Shown here: piece after piece, positions 13,759 through 27,496 of the stretch
Position numbering within the stretch: the stretch's first letter is position 1
Layout: every line of letters starts with the position of its first letter
The notes under the pieces: generated by a model
Told to the model about the DNA's origin: nothing
The model's input: only the letters and a program-made list of their open reading frames with translations
The model's database searches: none
Position numbers and translations under genes: made by a program
Assembly: GCA_022605425.2 (NCBI GenBank)
Contig: CM061246.1
Coordinates: forward strand, 1,178,001-1,242,000
Length of the DNA stretch: 64,000 nt
Direction: 5' to 3'
Origin: Hamiltosporidium tvaerminnensis FI-OER-3-3
Lineage: Eukaryota; Fungi; Microsporidia

Positions 13759-14131
13759 AATAAGAGAAACAATCTAAATCAAAAATTTTGTATGTTAAAC
13801 ATATAATAGTTGCTTTTTGACAAAGGGTAGAAAATAGTTCCTTCGTAAAATGTAATCTCTTCCTGAATATTCTGAGGAGATATAAAGTGTGAAAATAAAA
13901 TTTTTTTAAAAGAAAGCCTTTGATTGGTTGCTAATTTTCATCTTCAAATTCTATGAATTTGTATTCTAAAAAAGTAATAAAAAAATATTTTCAATTTAAA
14001 TTGTATAATTAGCAATTGTAATTTTTAAGAAGCTTTCATATATTCTACACAATTTCGTTCCATTTTTAAAAAATATTCTTGATAAAACATAAAAAAAAGT
14101 TGAAAAAATATTTAAAATTATTAGAAATGTT

Positions 14132-14857
14132 TTATTTTACGATTCCATCTATGAAAAATTCTTTCTTCGAATCAAACAAATCAGAATCGCTTAGTTTAAA
14201 CACTGTTTCGATGACTAAAAATTCTGTGTTTGTCGTTTGAATACCGCAAAAACTGATCCAATCATTAACGATCATTCCACCTCCGATACATCCACTACCT
14301 TTGTTAACAGTTCCAGCAATCACTTGAACTTCAAGCATATTAGCCAACTCCTCCATTTCTTCATCCGTAACATGTGGGTGAACCAACATTCCGACATTAT
14401 TTAATGCTGCGAAAGTTCCTACAAGCGGTTCAAAACCGATATTATGCCTAAATACATCTATCTTTAGTACATCATTGATCATTTCTTCTGTTTCTTTATC
14501 TACATCAGGATGAAGTAAAGCAATATGATCGTTACAAATCAAAGTATTTCCAAGCGCATTTAGACGTTCTTCAACACGCATTACTTTAACAGTATCTGGT
14601 AAATTATTTCGTAAAAAATATAATTCTTGGTCAGTTGTTGTTATTGGTACAAGAAGTCCATTTTTATTTCCTTGACACTGGCTTCCAACAGTCTTAATTC
14701 CATTTATTGTCGTTTCAATTACTGGGATATTTACTTTATCGAATATTTCATTATAAAAATTCTTATTTGAACTTCTTCCTGTAATACAATATGTATTTGT
14801 CAATCGTGCAAAAGCCCCTACCTCGTTACTTCCTTCAAAATCAATTCTAGAAGACAT
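14132..14857 (-). CDS. TIF6: Translation initiation factor 6 (eIF6)
   Basis: MSSRIDFEGSNEVGAFARLTNTYC...GNKNGLLVP...EERLNALGN..CNDHIALLHPD...AGTVNKGS; 241 aa. Confidence 0.97.
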   Translation of the reverse strand: MSSRIDFEGSNEVGAFARLTNTYCITGRSSNKNFYNEIFDKVNIPVIETTINGIKTVGSQCQGNKNGLLVPITTTDQELYFLRNNLPDTVKVMRVEERLNALGNTLICNDHIALLHPDVDKETEEMINDVLKIDVFRHNIGFEPLVGTFAALNNVGMLVHPHVTDEEMEELANMLEVQVIAGTVNKGSGCIGGGMIVNDWISFCGIQTTNTEFLVIETVFKLSDSDLFDSKKEFFIDGIVK

Positions 14858-17800
14858 CTGAGGGTTTGAAGATTATTTAAAAATAACACAAATTTTTTTT
14901 AATAAAACTAAAATATTTGAATTTTTATATTTGTGAATGGAAGAACAAATAAATAGTCAAATATATTTTATTAGAAAATTATTAAAATATTTTTGTGAAG
15001 GCTTTTATTCTTTTGGTTTAAAATCTTAAATTTTTTTTCATAAGTTAGTTACTTTGATAACAGAAATGATCGGATATTCCGCTGAAAATTTGATATTCGA
15101 ATTTTTGTTTAAATTTTAATTTGTTTGCTTTTGTTTATATGTGATTTAATTTATTTTGCTCAAAACAATTAGTTAATAAAAATTTGCGTAACTTTACCAA
15201 TATAATCATAAAATATATTCTTTTGATTTCCAAATATTAGAAAAGGCTGTGTGATTAGTGAGTTCAAATTATAAATTTATAAGAAAAAACAATATTGAAA
15301 CATCTTTTAATATTTTCAAAATGCTTATAAATATTTTTTTTAATTCTTCCTGTTGAGTATAAAAATATGTTTTAATATTTGGATTGATTTTAAATTAAAA
15401 GTATATAATTATAGTTTTTTGGAAATATTGTAATTTGAACCTGCTTATAATTTCAAAGATTCTGTTTTCTATATTTTAATCCTATTACTATGAGTTTAGT
15501 TTTGAAAGAACTTTTCGTTTCTGGCTAAATATAAATTCGTGAAATTCTAGATAATTTAGGTATTAAACGACAGTCAAAAGACTTCTATAGATTTATAATG
15601 ACTACTAATATATTAAATTTTGTAATTTAGATGATACTATAGACGAGGTTATAATAGGGCTTATATTTAAAATTTTCGAATACACATGTAGAAACAAAAT
15701 TATTTAATTTTCTTAGTCAGATTTAATGTAAAACAGATTTCTTTTTGTTTTATAGCTTGCAGTAATCGGTAATTTTTTTTTGAAAATTTCGAAAATACAA
15801 AAAAAATATTTGAGAATCACAAAAACCGAAAACTTGGTTAAAGAATTTTATATTATTCGTAAAAATGTTTGAGTATTATACTTAATATCTTAAGTTCTGG
15901 AACTCAAAACTATTATATAAATAATTTATAAATATAATTGACTTTTATAAGTTGTTATTGCCTTAGCAAGCCTAAAATAATACCTGTAAATTCCTCTAAA
16001 ATAGCTAAATAATGTTCTATTCGTACTATTTAATACACTACTAAATAAAATTGTGCATTAAAAACCCGAATTTAAACAATATGATAAATCATTTTGATTG
16101 AAAATATTTAATAAGGAAATAGTTAGCACTTTAGTCTTTTTTTTAATAGTAATTTTAAAATAATATGTCCAATTTTTAATTCATTATACACAAATTGATT
16201 GATATATAGTTAATATTTCTGAATAGAAAATTTTAAAAGTGTAAAATGCGATTTCCTTTGATATTAAATTCAATATATCTATATATGACTATTTTTATTA
16301 TAATGATTATTTAAAAATAGAAGGAAAGCCACATAAAGAAAAACTACTTTTAAAATTATAATTAAATAAAAACTAGGATACTCTTTTTCACAATTCAATC
16401 ATTCGAATCAATTATCATTTAAATCTTACAATATCTTAAATCGAAATTTATAAGATACTAGCTAGAAAACATATAAAAAAATCTCAATATTTCTATTTAT
16501 AAATATTCAAACTGGGCGTTTTTTCAATTAATATAAATGATACATTTATTAGGGATAGATGTCTAATTATTAAGGCATTTAATCGTCAAAATAATAACAA
16601 AAAGAATACATACAGATACAAAGTTGATAAAAAGAAAAAAAACTTTATTTTAAGCCTAATCTCAAATAAAAAACTAAAGACGAGAATCGAAATGATTTTA
16701 AGACGGAATATCTATTTTTTTAATATTTTAATTATACAAATATACAAAAATTATTTTTTTTAGATTTAAGTATAATGTACAAATTATTAGATCATTAAAT
16801 TAGTTGATTGAAATAAAAATATGTTTTGAATTGATTATATTTCCGTTTTTTAGAAAAATTGAATCAATCAAATTATTTCAAAAAATAATTGAATTCCACG
16901 AAATATAACATTTATTAATTGGTTAATTTCTGTTATGGTTCGAAAAATAAAAGTTGAAATAAAAATATTCTCTTTTTCTTAGTTAAAGAAAGTATAACGT
17001 GAAATTTCTAGAAGTGTATTTATTGTAAAAATTTAACTCCAAAATTTATATTATAATTTTAGATTTAAATTTATGGAAGAAAATAAATGTGTGAATATTT
17101 TAAAATTGGTAATAATATTAGAGAGAAATTTTTTTGATCTGGAAGTTAATTACTGTAAATTTATTTTTTCTTTATGTATTTATTCTTATTTTGGTAATTA
17201 CATTATTATATAGGGCCTTTCTTGGTATATTTTTGATGTGTTTGGGACTTTTTTTTGGTAAGTTTCTATTTATTATACAAGCTTTTTTTAATAAATTTCC
17301 ATTTTGGTCCGTTTGCATTTAAGAACCATAAAGTGTTTTCAAAAAAGAATTTTATTTATTTAATAGCTCGCTCCTTCCCCACGGATAAAACACAATACAA
17401 CGATGAATCATAGCTTCACCAAGTTCAAGGCGTTACAAAGACGATTTTCTTTGATTGGTTAAATTGTCAACTTCACATAAACTTTCAGAACGAAAGATAA
17501 AGAGTGCGAAAACCGGAGGATCGAAGGCGGCTCTTCCGAAGTAATTTCCGATTCCTCTAGCTCTAGACCGTTAGTGACTTATAAAAAGAATATTTCTTAA
17601 ATTTTTTTTAAAGTCTTCCTTTTCTTTTCAATAGGCAAGTATGAAAACATTGCTAAACAATGTGGCAATTCACTAAATATTTATTATTTCTAAAAAAAAC
17701 TAAAAAAATTAAATACATACATTTATTCTCTAAAAATGATTCTATTGCAATATAATTTCAGGAAAATATAATTATTTCTATTTTTGTATTCTTTACAATG

Positions 17801-19309
17801 AAGGGCAAATCTATTTGCATGCGAAAAAGTGACATAATATCGTAAAATTTGGAAATTATCTACAAAATGAAAACTATCAAACATAAAATTTAATGTATTT
17901 TCGAATCGGAAAATGGCTTTTCTACTCTTTTTTTTATATCATATTCTACATATTAAACCTTTCACATTCTTCTTTTATATCCTACTATTAGTTGGTTTTT
18001 AGTTTCGGTTGCTTAAGATGTGGTTGGACTATCTAAATTACGGTGAGTTTGCTATATTTTATTTTTAATTGTTTTGCATTATTTTTCTTGTTTGGCCTGT
18101 CTTCAGAGGGTGCATGAATTTATAAAATATTTTTCAATAAGAAAAATTCAAACTTATAGTTTTTTTGTGGAATGTTCATAACACTAAAAAAATACCATAA
18201 AACAGAATACAAAAATAATCCAGATTTCTGCAACTAATTAGTTCATTATTTAGTTAAATGAACGTAGAAATTGATATTCTAGGAAAAACAAAAAGGTATC
18301 TTATTTTAAATATAATTTTCTGCAATACTACTAAATATTAATTAAAACATTAAATCTAAATATGTTGAAAGGCTTATATTTTCTGGTTTTGATATGAATT
18401 AAATCATGTCGCCTTCCTTGTGGTTAAAAACATGTTTAGTGTTTTATTACAAGATTTTTCAAACAAAACTATTATTTTAAGTGTCAAACCAATCCGATTA
18501 TATTATTGTGATGAAAAATTAAACTTCATACTTACAAACAGTTTTAGTCCTACAAAAAATCATATTGCAAAATTCGGAATAATATCGATATAATTTATGA
18601 TTAAATGTAATCAAAACACAAGCATATTAAATATCATTTTATGATGGATTCATATCGACATTGCTTAAAACATTTAGCCCAAAACAATTTAAAAATAACC
18701 CAAATATTATCAAATGTTTTCAATTAAAATATACCTGACAATATTTTGTGCTATATTAATCCTCGGTATTTTACAGGGATTTTAGTGAACCCTACATACT
18801 ATTTATTATCAAAGTGAATTCAAGCAGATGGTAATGAAAATGACATTCGAATCATGTTTTAGAAGCTAAAAATATTCAGGTTAAGATTAAATTAAAAGAG
18901 AAAATACGGACACTTCATGACTTTGAAAATTATGAGTAACACATATAATAACGGAAAGGAAGAAACAGAAAGCAATTAAATCCATTTACGATTTAACCAT
19001 TCAATGTATTTAAGACATAATATAAAAAGAGAAAAAAATCCAAAGAGAAATTCGATATAAAAAATACACGATTTTTTGAACCTTATACAAAAAAATACAA
19101 GAGACAGAAAAGAATATGATAATAGATGAGAACCTTTTAAAATTAGTTTGATTAAGGTAAAAGATTTCGAAATCCAATAATGAAAATTTAACCTTTTCTC
19201 GAGGCAAGTAGGTAACTAATGCGATTCTATCTTGAAATATGAAAAACAAAAGACCTGTAATTTAAAAATGGAATTTCAAATATAAATATGTAAGTTTTCA
19301 ATTTTTATT

Positions 19310-20195
19310 AATTGAGGGGCAGAAAGCAATGTGTCAAACACCGTATAAGTCAGGTAAACCAGTAAATAATTTAATGACACAATCTACAAAATTTCTTGGA
19401 CAAGACCAGCACAGTTTGCCTAAATAAGTGGTACGATGCATTATTTACACCTTGTAAAATATATATAAATAAGTCCTCAAAACGAATTAGAAGTCACTTA
19501 TATAGAAATTCTTAAAAATGAGTATGCAGAAATAATATTGGACAGATGAATAAAAACCGATGTCATAATGTGTAACAAAGGTCTCGATATATATTTTAGA
19601 TAAGATAAAAAATTTTGAGGTAACGCTTACGGAGTAAGAATTATTTCCCAAGATTCACCTCAAATAGTTTATAAAGAGGACTTAAGAAGTATTTCTTATT
19701 GACAAACGAGTTAGGTCTTATTTTAAAATAAAGGGTAGAAATAATTCCTTAGATGATAAATTTGGATATTATCGTTAAGGAATATCATAAGATGTATATT
19801 ACAGGACTTCTAATATCTATTATATAAAGGCATATGTTCAGTCGATAATAATCACAAATAGAGTTGAAAATTTCTTTTGAATGGCAAGAGAACTTGAGAC
19901 GAACCAAAATTCCAAAGAGAGTCTGGAATAGCGTCATTATGATTATTGAAAGAGCTGATAGGAATATACAAACAGCACCTCTTTTTAAGGGAGTGAAAAA
20001 TGAGAAGGATAGTGTTAAACAAGTAAATACAAAAAATATATTTCCCTTTCTTTCAGATAGCGTAACCACAGTGAAACCACTAAAAATACATGAAGAAAGA
20101 GTCTGATTCAGAATAAGGTTATGAATATGTTAAAATGGAGGAATAAAATATTTTAAATATAGGGTATTTGTTAAACCCAAAATTTATTGAATAAA
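19310..20195 (+). mobile_element. Highly degenerate 3' part of the RLE-type retrotransposon
   Basis: Similar to the reverse complement of ~90-980: knuckle region, gtggtacgatgcatt, tatgcagaaataatattggac, aaacgagttaggtcttatt, and 3' end ttgttaaacccaaaatttattgaataaa. Confidence 0.8.
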
Positions 20196-20230
20196 ATATA
20201 GAAGATCGGTTTGAAATGAAGCATTAAATA

Positions 20231-20975
20231 GAGTAAGCCGAGACTTTATTTAAAAGTATCACATCCTTTTTAAAACAGTGGCAAGTTTTATAGTTGTTTC
20301 CATGACATTTATGCAGTTCTAGGTTTAACATAGATGACTTCTATCCCAACACTCCATCAGTACCCCCTGTGATACCTAAATCTCAAAGCCTTTCATCTAA
20401 CAGGTGTGTAAAACCTAATTACTAGGCGAGGCAGTTGCCTGGAGTTCGTTTATGTCCGTTGCATGGAGTGTTATCGAAGGCAGAAGCCCCCCCTGGGCTC
20501 CCCCAAGACTATGCAGCATTCCCACTTACTCTACACTTTTTGAACCCAATAAACTTCTAGCTAAGATATATTTCAGAGATTTACATGGGGTCCACCTAGA
20601 CAGTGCAATGTCATACCAACAGGTATAACCTGCTACTTAGCTCTCCTGGTTTTAAATGGTTTTTATTTTTGTATCTCCCAGGCGCTAAGTCTTCTAACTC
20701 GAGTGAGCAAGGCTAGGTTTCCATGCTTTTAAATGGCAATTACCTACATGTTCAGCTGCGGTCTGCAATCTGGTTACATAAAAAACTACAAATAAATTTG
20801 TAGAAAAAATTTCTCCATTTCTTAGACCTCTTCTCCTCATAACAACTCTCATGGAACAACCGAAGATGTAGTGTGGTTTTATTCCCACCAAAAATCCAAA
20901 CAATGATCTCACACAAGTTTCACACACTCATTGCTAAGCAGAAAGTTTTTTATGTGGTTATCCTCCTTCCACTCA
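20231..20975 (-). mobile_element. ~745-bp non-coding SINE-like element with 12-bp TSD (strand inferred)
   Basis: AAGCATTAAATA at 20219-20230 and 20976-20987; raised GC; no TIRs; second copy at 1-72; aataaa near the putative 3' end on the minus strand. Confidence 0.7.
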
Positions 20976-21164
20976 AAGCATTAAATATAAAAATAAATGC
21001 TAATAATTTCTAAAAATTTGCATTCTGAAATAAAAAAATAAGTTATGTAATGTTTTATTTTTTTTAAAAAGTATTTTTCAGAGAAGCTAGTGTAGACAAG
21101 ATGTGCTAAACTTTATTATGTTATTCTATAATTCCTTCATATGTATATTTATTTTTTAATTTAC

Positions 21165-21452
21165 GAGCTGGGAGAGAGCGTCAATGGGTGTTATTATGAG
21201 ATCAGAGATGCATGAGGAACCAATACCCCCTTTAAAAGAAGCGAAAACAGAGGAAGATGGTGCAAAAAATTTTAAACCAAAATATAAAGCACCCTTTATT
21301 TTACAAGGAGGAACCACTTTAGAGGAACCGACCAATAACATAAATGAAGAGTCGGATTTGGAAGAAGAGACAAAAGTGGGTAAAGAGGTAGAAGAAAACA
21401 TATAAAAAATGGTAAAAATATTTTAACCCAGAATTTTATTAAATAAAAATTG
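21165..21452 (+). mobile_element. 288-bp 5'-truncated RLE-type retrotransposon copy with 14-bp TSD
   Basis: Encodes the element C-terminus (SWERASMGVIMRSEMHEEPIPPLK...). ATTTTTTAATTTAC at 21151-21164 and 21453-21466. Confidence 0.88.
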
Positions 21453-23283
21453 ATTTTTTAATTTACAATTTCGTTTTTATGGCTTTAAATTTTTAAGATC
21501 ATGTAGAAAGAATTCGAGGTGATAAATCCAGAATAAAAAAATTTTAGAAAAATTTAACAGTATTTTTTCTGAAAATAGAGAAGTTATTTAATTGCAAACA
21601 ATAATTTCTGATAAATTATTTGATGCAAACATTTTAATTTAATTTTTGATTATTTTCTTACATAAATTTGTATTATTCAAATGATAGATGTAAATGAAGA
21701 GGATATGATATATGAAGAATAAGTGTTTAGAAAATTAGTAAGAAGTTTTTAATTTAATGTATTCAAAAAAATAGAAAGAAATATATGTAGTAAATAAAAA
21801 AAACAAGAAAATGAAAGGGAAACCAATTACTGGTTGAAAATATACGAATTAAAATAGAAAATGAATTTTACACAGTAATATGAAATACTTCGATCTTTTA
21901 AATATTTTTAAAGCAAATAATTTTATAAATGGTTTTAAAATATAAAAACTGCTTTAATCTACGATGAGGGTTTTAAATAATTGTATATTGAAAAACAATT
22001 ATAATATTTATGTATTATTCAAAACAACCAAACTTTGAATAGAAATTTTATAATTTGATAGTATGTTTTAAAATATACATGTAAAAATATAAATAAAGTT
22101 ATTTAACGGATGAAAATGTTGATTTACCAAAGACACCAATAATTTGTAACAGAAACTACAGAATTAAAAATTTGTTTTTATGAAAGTCAATTTAAAAATC
22201 CCATAGTTTAGAAATACATTAGATGCTTAAGAGTATGAATAAATGCAAACCATTAATTTGCATCTTTAAGATAATTTTTATGTATTAACATTTTATCTAT
22301 TATATAATCGATACTATTTACGATTTCATCATGTATACAGTCGACAAAGGTTCCGGCGAAGACGAATTTCCTTGAAATTTTTAATAACTTCGGAATAGTA
22401 AGAAACCATTAATAATGTTTGGATTACTAATATGACACTTTTAATTTTTCATAAATTTTACACAATAATATTAGTGATTAGAATTGAACATGAAACATTT
22501 AGAAGGATTCTATTGATTCAAAAAATATTTGAAATAAATATAGAAAATTATTTCTAAATTTTTGTATTTAGCAAAGATAACATAATAAATTTGTTTTTTT
22601 ATTTTTCTAAAGTTTACATTTTTTTAAAAAAAAGTAAATTTTTTCAAGCAGTTAGATTTTCTTTCTAAGAATTTCAATAAATGAATATAATTTTATATAA
22701 TATTGAAGTATTTTTATTTCATCTCTGTGCCATTTTATATATATTGTCAAAATTTGCACATAATAACTATTTTCTAAATGTTTAATGTAATTTTATACCT
22801 GATTAAATCAAAAGATTTCAAAAAAGATAGCTAAGAACTTATATAATCAATAAATTAATCAATACAGCACAACGCGAAAAAAAACTGTTTTTTTGGACAA
22901 AGAAAACGCTTCACAAGAAAAATTTTAAACTTGAAAGAAGCCCGATTAGAAAAATGTTAAACCTATTAGAATAAACATATAATGCCAGCTAAAGGTCTTC
23001 AAAACTAAAAGTAAATAAAATGGAAGGTCAGAAATATGTTAAATAAAAAAGATCCTAAATATTTATTGTGTAATGTCTAAAGAAGCCTAAAACCGTAGAA
23101 ATCAAAAAATAGAAAAATATACGCGATATGTATGCGAAGAAGGCAAAAAAACCAAAAGAAGTGATTAAAATGTATTATAGCCCAGAAATGAATTTAAGAT
23201 GATAAGTTTACTTTGGTTGTTTATGAATTCAAAAAAAGTCCTTTCAACGAGCTTGACAGGTAGTTTAAAATAAACGATTGCCG

Positions 23284-23518
23284 ACTTATAGCTTTCCTTA
23301 ACAATATTTTTAAAAAATAATATATAGCTTTTTATTCAATAAATCGAATAGAACTTATAGCTTTCCTTAAGGTTGAAATGGTGGAAAGAATTATTTAGAA
23401 AAGAGAAAAATTTGTTAACCCAGAATTTTATTTAATAAATAACTTTCCTTAATAACATTTTTAATAAAATAACATATAGCTTTTTATTCAATAAATCGAA
23501 TAGCACTTATAGCTTTCT
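23284..23518 (+). repeat. ~69-bp tandem repeats (~2.3 units) in the rDNA upstream spacer
   Basis: acttatagctttc at 23284, 23353 and 23505; atatagctttttattcaataaatcgaatag twice; mirrored at 61096-61329. Confidence 0.85.
23371..23442 (+). mobile_element. 72-bp 3' tip of the RLE-type retrotransposon with 10-bp TSD
   Basis: ggttgaaatggtggaa...gttaacccagaattttatttaataaataa equals the element 3' end. CTTTCCTTAA at 23361-23370 and 23443-23452. Mirrored at 61171-61242. Confidence 0.85.
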
Positions 23519-24432
23519 TTTTATAAATTTTTTAAACAGCCTTTAATTAAAATTTGATTTTTCGTTCTAGATATGAAATTTCATTTTTCTAATATTTATG
23601 ATATATCAATATTTTTCTAAATAAATTTGATTAAAAAAAGATCTTTTGATAGATTTGACATGATAAAATACTATTTTAATTTATAAAAAAATTCTTAACC
23701 GTTGTATGTTCGAAGGAAAAACCTGGAAATAGAAAAACAATTTTTTTAAATAGAACATCTTCTTGGAGTTAAATATTAACGAATGTGATATTTATATACA
23801 CAAAGAAAAATTTGATGTTTAGTTTTTTTCTTCTTTAGATATATGATTTGTTAGTAGAGAATGGGTAAGAAAAGAAATTTGAAATAATTTAACATATTTA
23901 GAATTCTTTATATTAGAAATAAGTTGATTGATTGATTTTATTTTTTATTGGTGTTATATTCTCTAAATATTTTTAAAAAAATTGATTTGGTGTTAAAATT
24001 ACTGTGAAAATTATTTTTTTCGTATATAAAGGATGTTATTTATAGAACTGTTTACCCCAAATCATATGAGAATTAAAATGTCAATAGAAAACACTAAGAA
24101 TGAGACAAATCAACCAGAAATTACAATTGCATGTAACCGTAGAAATCAAGTTGATCTAATCAAATTGATCTACAAACGTACTTTCGAATCATTAACTTAG
24201 TTGTTAATTCACGTGATTTAGATCAATGATCAAATCGATATGGTGTTCTAGTTACTTTGACATGTTCAAGTAACAAATTGGTGTTACATATGGTTACTGC
24301 TCTGATGCAGATTTTGGAGGTTTTCCGTTGTTACTTTGGTTTCTTGTGCTGCTTTATTCATCGGGATTAAGTTATGGACTCAACGAGTCAATTGTGTGTG
24401 ATTTGGATGTGACGTGTAATGGTATATTTGTG

Positions 24433-25735
24433 CAACAGGTTGATTCTGCCTGACGAGGATGCTTGTCTCTGGGATTAAGCCATGCAAGTCTGGTGAAGCG
24501 AAAGTGGAACTGCGAACGGCTCAGTAGAACGGTGATTATTTAATCGTGTAGGAAGGATAACCGCGGGAAACTGTGGCTAATAACACGAGTAAGACGCCGA
24601 CCCATCAGTTTTATCGTACGGTAAGGGCGTACGATGGCTTTAACGGGTACGGGGGATCAGGGTTTGATTCCGGAGAGGGAGCCTGAGAAACGGCTACCAG
24701 GTCTAAGGACAGCAGCAGGCGCGAAACTTGCCCAATTGGAGAGAGGCAGTTATGAGACGTATATTTTGTAACCGGGGTAGAATACCGGTGATTGACTGGA
24801 GGGCAAGTCTGGTGCCAGCAGCCGCGGTAATTCCAGCTCCAGGAGTGTCATAGTGCATTGCTGCATTTAAAAGGTCCGTAGTCAGTGTTGACAGGGATGC
24901 TAGAAGACACTTTCTTCATGGAGTGTATTGGCATTCTAGGTTAGCATGTAGGAGCGGAAGAGGGCGACTGTATTGCGTAGCGAGAGGTGAAAGTTGACGA
25001 CCTACGTAGGACAAACCGAAGCGAAAGCTGTCGTCCAGTACGTTTCCGGTGATCAAGGACGTAAGCCGGAGGAGCAAAGGTGATTAGAGACCCCTGTAGT
25101 TCCGGCCGTAAACTATGCCAACTGGGTGTTACGTAGTGGTACCCACGAGAAATCAAGTATATGGGCTATGGGGATAGTACGATCGCAAGATTGAAACTTG
25201 AAGAAATTGACGGAAGGACACCACCAGGAGTGGAGTGTGCGGCTTAATTTGACTCAACGCGGGACAACTTACCAGGGCCAGTTGTATGACGAATCTTTGA
25301 TGAGTACGACTAAGTGGTGCATGGCCGTTCACAACATGTGAGGTGACTTTTAGGTTTATTGCTGTAATGTGTGAGACCCTCAGCTACGGCGACTGGGGAC
25401 TATAAGTTTCAGGAAGGAGGGGGCTATAACAGGTCTGTGATGCCCTTAGATGTTCTGGGCTGCACGCGCACTACAATGTTATTTCTAGGTATATTGTAAA
25501 GATAAAGGATAACTCGGTTGGGATTGCGTTCTGTAATGGACGCATGAACCAGGAATTCCTAGTAGTCGCGTGTCACTAACGGGCGACGACTGCGTCCCTG
25601 TTCTTTGTACACACCGCCCGTCGTTATCTAAGATGGTGCTATGTTCGAAGAGGGTTTTCCTTCTGAGGACGTAGGATTAGATTGGATACAAGTCGTAACA
25701 AGGTTGCTGTAGGAGAACCTGCAGCAGGATCAGTG
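24433..25735 (+). rRNA. Microsporidian small-subunit rRNA (~1.3 kb)
   Basis: caggttgattctgcctgac at the 5' end, gtgccagcagccgcggtaa, gtacacaccgcccgtc, and aagtcgtaacaagg...ggatca at the 3' end. Confidence 0.98.
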
Positions 25736-25767
25736 ATAGTACTTTTATTGTGTAGTTTTTTCATTTT
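25736..25767 (+). other. Short AT-rich ITS between SSU and 5.8S-fused LSU
   Basis: ~32 nt between SSU ggatca and aaactcatacaagggatcacttggctc. Confidence 0.8.
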
Positions 25768-27442
25768 AAACTCATACAAGGGATCACTTGGCTCCGTATC
25801 CGAGGAAGGCCGGAATAGTTTCCGAGAACTAAGGCCGAACGGCATTTGTAAATGCCTGACTACCCCCTGGACTTAAGCATATTATTAAGGGGAGGAACAA
25901 AAACTAACTAGGATTTCTGTAGTAGCGGCGAGCGAACAAGAAATAGCCCCGAATGTAAGCCTCCGGGCATTGTTAAGATCGTCGTAACGAATTACCGGGA
26001 CAGGTAAGCCATAGAGGGTGATAGCCCCGTAGTGACGAGTAATGGGCAGAGTAGGGTTGCTTGGTAATGCAGCCTGAAGAGGTGGTGGGTTCCATCTAAG
26101 GCTAAATATGAGCGGAGACCGATAGCGTAATAGTACAGCGATGGAAAGGTGAAAAGCTAAAAAGTGCAAAGACGTGAAATTGTATTGAGTATCCTGATAA
26201 CAGGACCCGTCTTGAAACACGGACCAAGGAGTGCATCTGCATAGCAAGTTAAAGGGGGGTTTCCTTTAAGCGTAGCGAAAGCAGATATAGCTGTTCGGAT
26301 GCGACCCGAAGGGCTGTGAACTACACCTGGCCAGGTTGAAGCCATTCGAAAGGATGGTGGAGGACCTAAACTTGTTCTGACGCGCAAATCGATGGTTTGA
26401 GCTGGGTGTAGGGGCGAAAGACCAATCGAACAGCCGGGTAGCTGGTTCCCATCGAAATGTCTCTCAGGACAGCAGACACAAGTTACTTAGTATTATGCGG
26501 TAGAGGAACGGCGGGATGAAAGGGGAGCAATCTCCACATACCGACGAACTGCGAACGTGTACGTGTTATTCTTGTACTAAAGAATAGCGATTATATATGT
26601 GTCTAGTGGGCGCGTTCTGGTAAGCAGGACGTGCGAAGAGGGATCAACCTGACGTACTGATAAGGGGCCTAATCTGGTTTTTCTTAAGGCCGTAGATGAA
26701 TTGTGACAGTAGGGCGGTGGCCATGGAGGTTGGCATCCGGTAAGAAACGTGTTGCAACGTACCTACCGAATTCATGTGCGCCGAAAATGGACGGTACAAG
26801 GCCAGACCCGATGCAGTACTTATAGGTAGATGGGCGTGGTGTATGTGCAGAAGGTTTACCGTGAGGTAAAGTGGAGCATACACTAGTGCTGATCTTGGTG
26901 GTAGTAGTTACAATTCGTGTGTGAATCGCGAAGGCTTCAGGAGAAGGGTTCTTCTAAGACTTCATAAGGAGAAGGTTAGCCGGTCCTGAGATCTCGACAG
27001 GGAATCGGGTTGATATTCCCGAGCCATCTAGGTATTTGGCAACAGTAAATATGGTGTTTACGTCTTAGGCACGACAACAAGGAGGTACCCATTCCTTGTA
27101 GCAGTACTGTATGTAGCGTGTTGTACAGAGCAATACAGACATATGCAATTGTCTTAGCTGGGATCCGTGAAAAAATACCTTTATGACCTAGATGACCGTA
27201 CCGACCGCAGCAGGGCTCCGTACGGTGTATACCGGAAGCGATAGGACAAACGTTAGTTAGGGAATTCGGCAAATTAGATCCGTAACCTCGGGAAAAGGAT
27301 TAGCTCTAAGGAATTAGAACTTTTAGTTACGGGGAATCCGACTGTTTAATAAAAACATAGCTTTGTGGTGGTGTAGTACGTGGACACAAAGTGAATTCTG
27401 CCCAGTGCCCAGCTGTTAAGACAGGTCGGGCTGTATACGCAG

Positions 27443-27496
<54 letters not shown>

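Noticed and set aside
23284-23518. CRISPR-like repeat/spacer appearance
   Set aside because: Eukaryotic context; the units are tandem duplicates and the only 'spacer' is a retrotransposon tip with a TSD.
24941-27272. ORFs overlapping the rRNA genes (and their mirrors at 56301-59672)
   Set aside because: Spurious frames across rRNA sequence.
27473-27486. R2 target site TTAAGG|TAGC in the LSU (also near 57121-57134)
   Set aside because: Uninterrupted in both copies, so there is no R2 insertion. The ribozyme lies ~850 bp downstream and is not a canonical R2 5' end.
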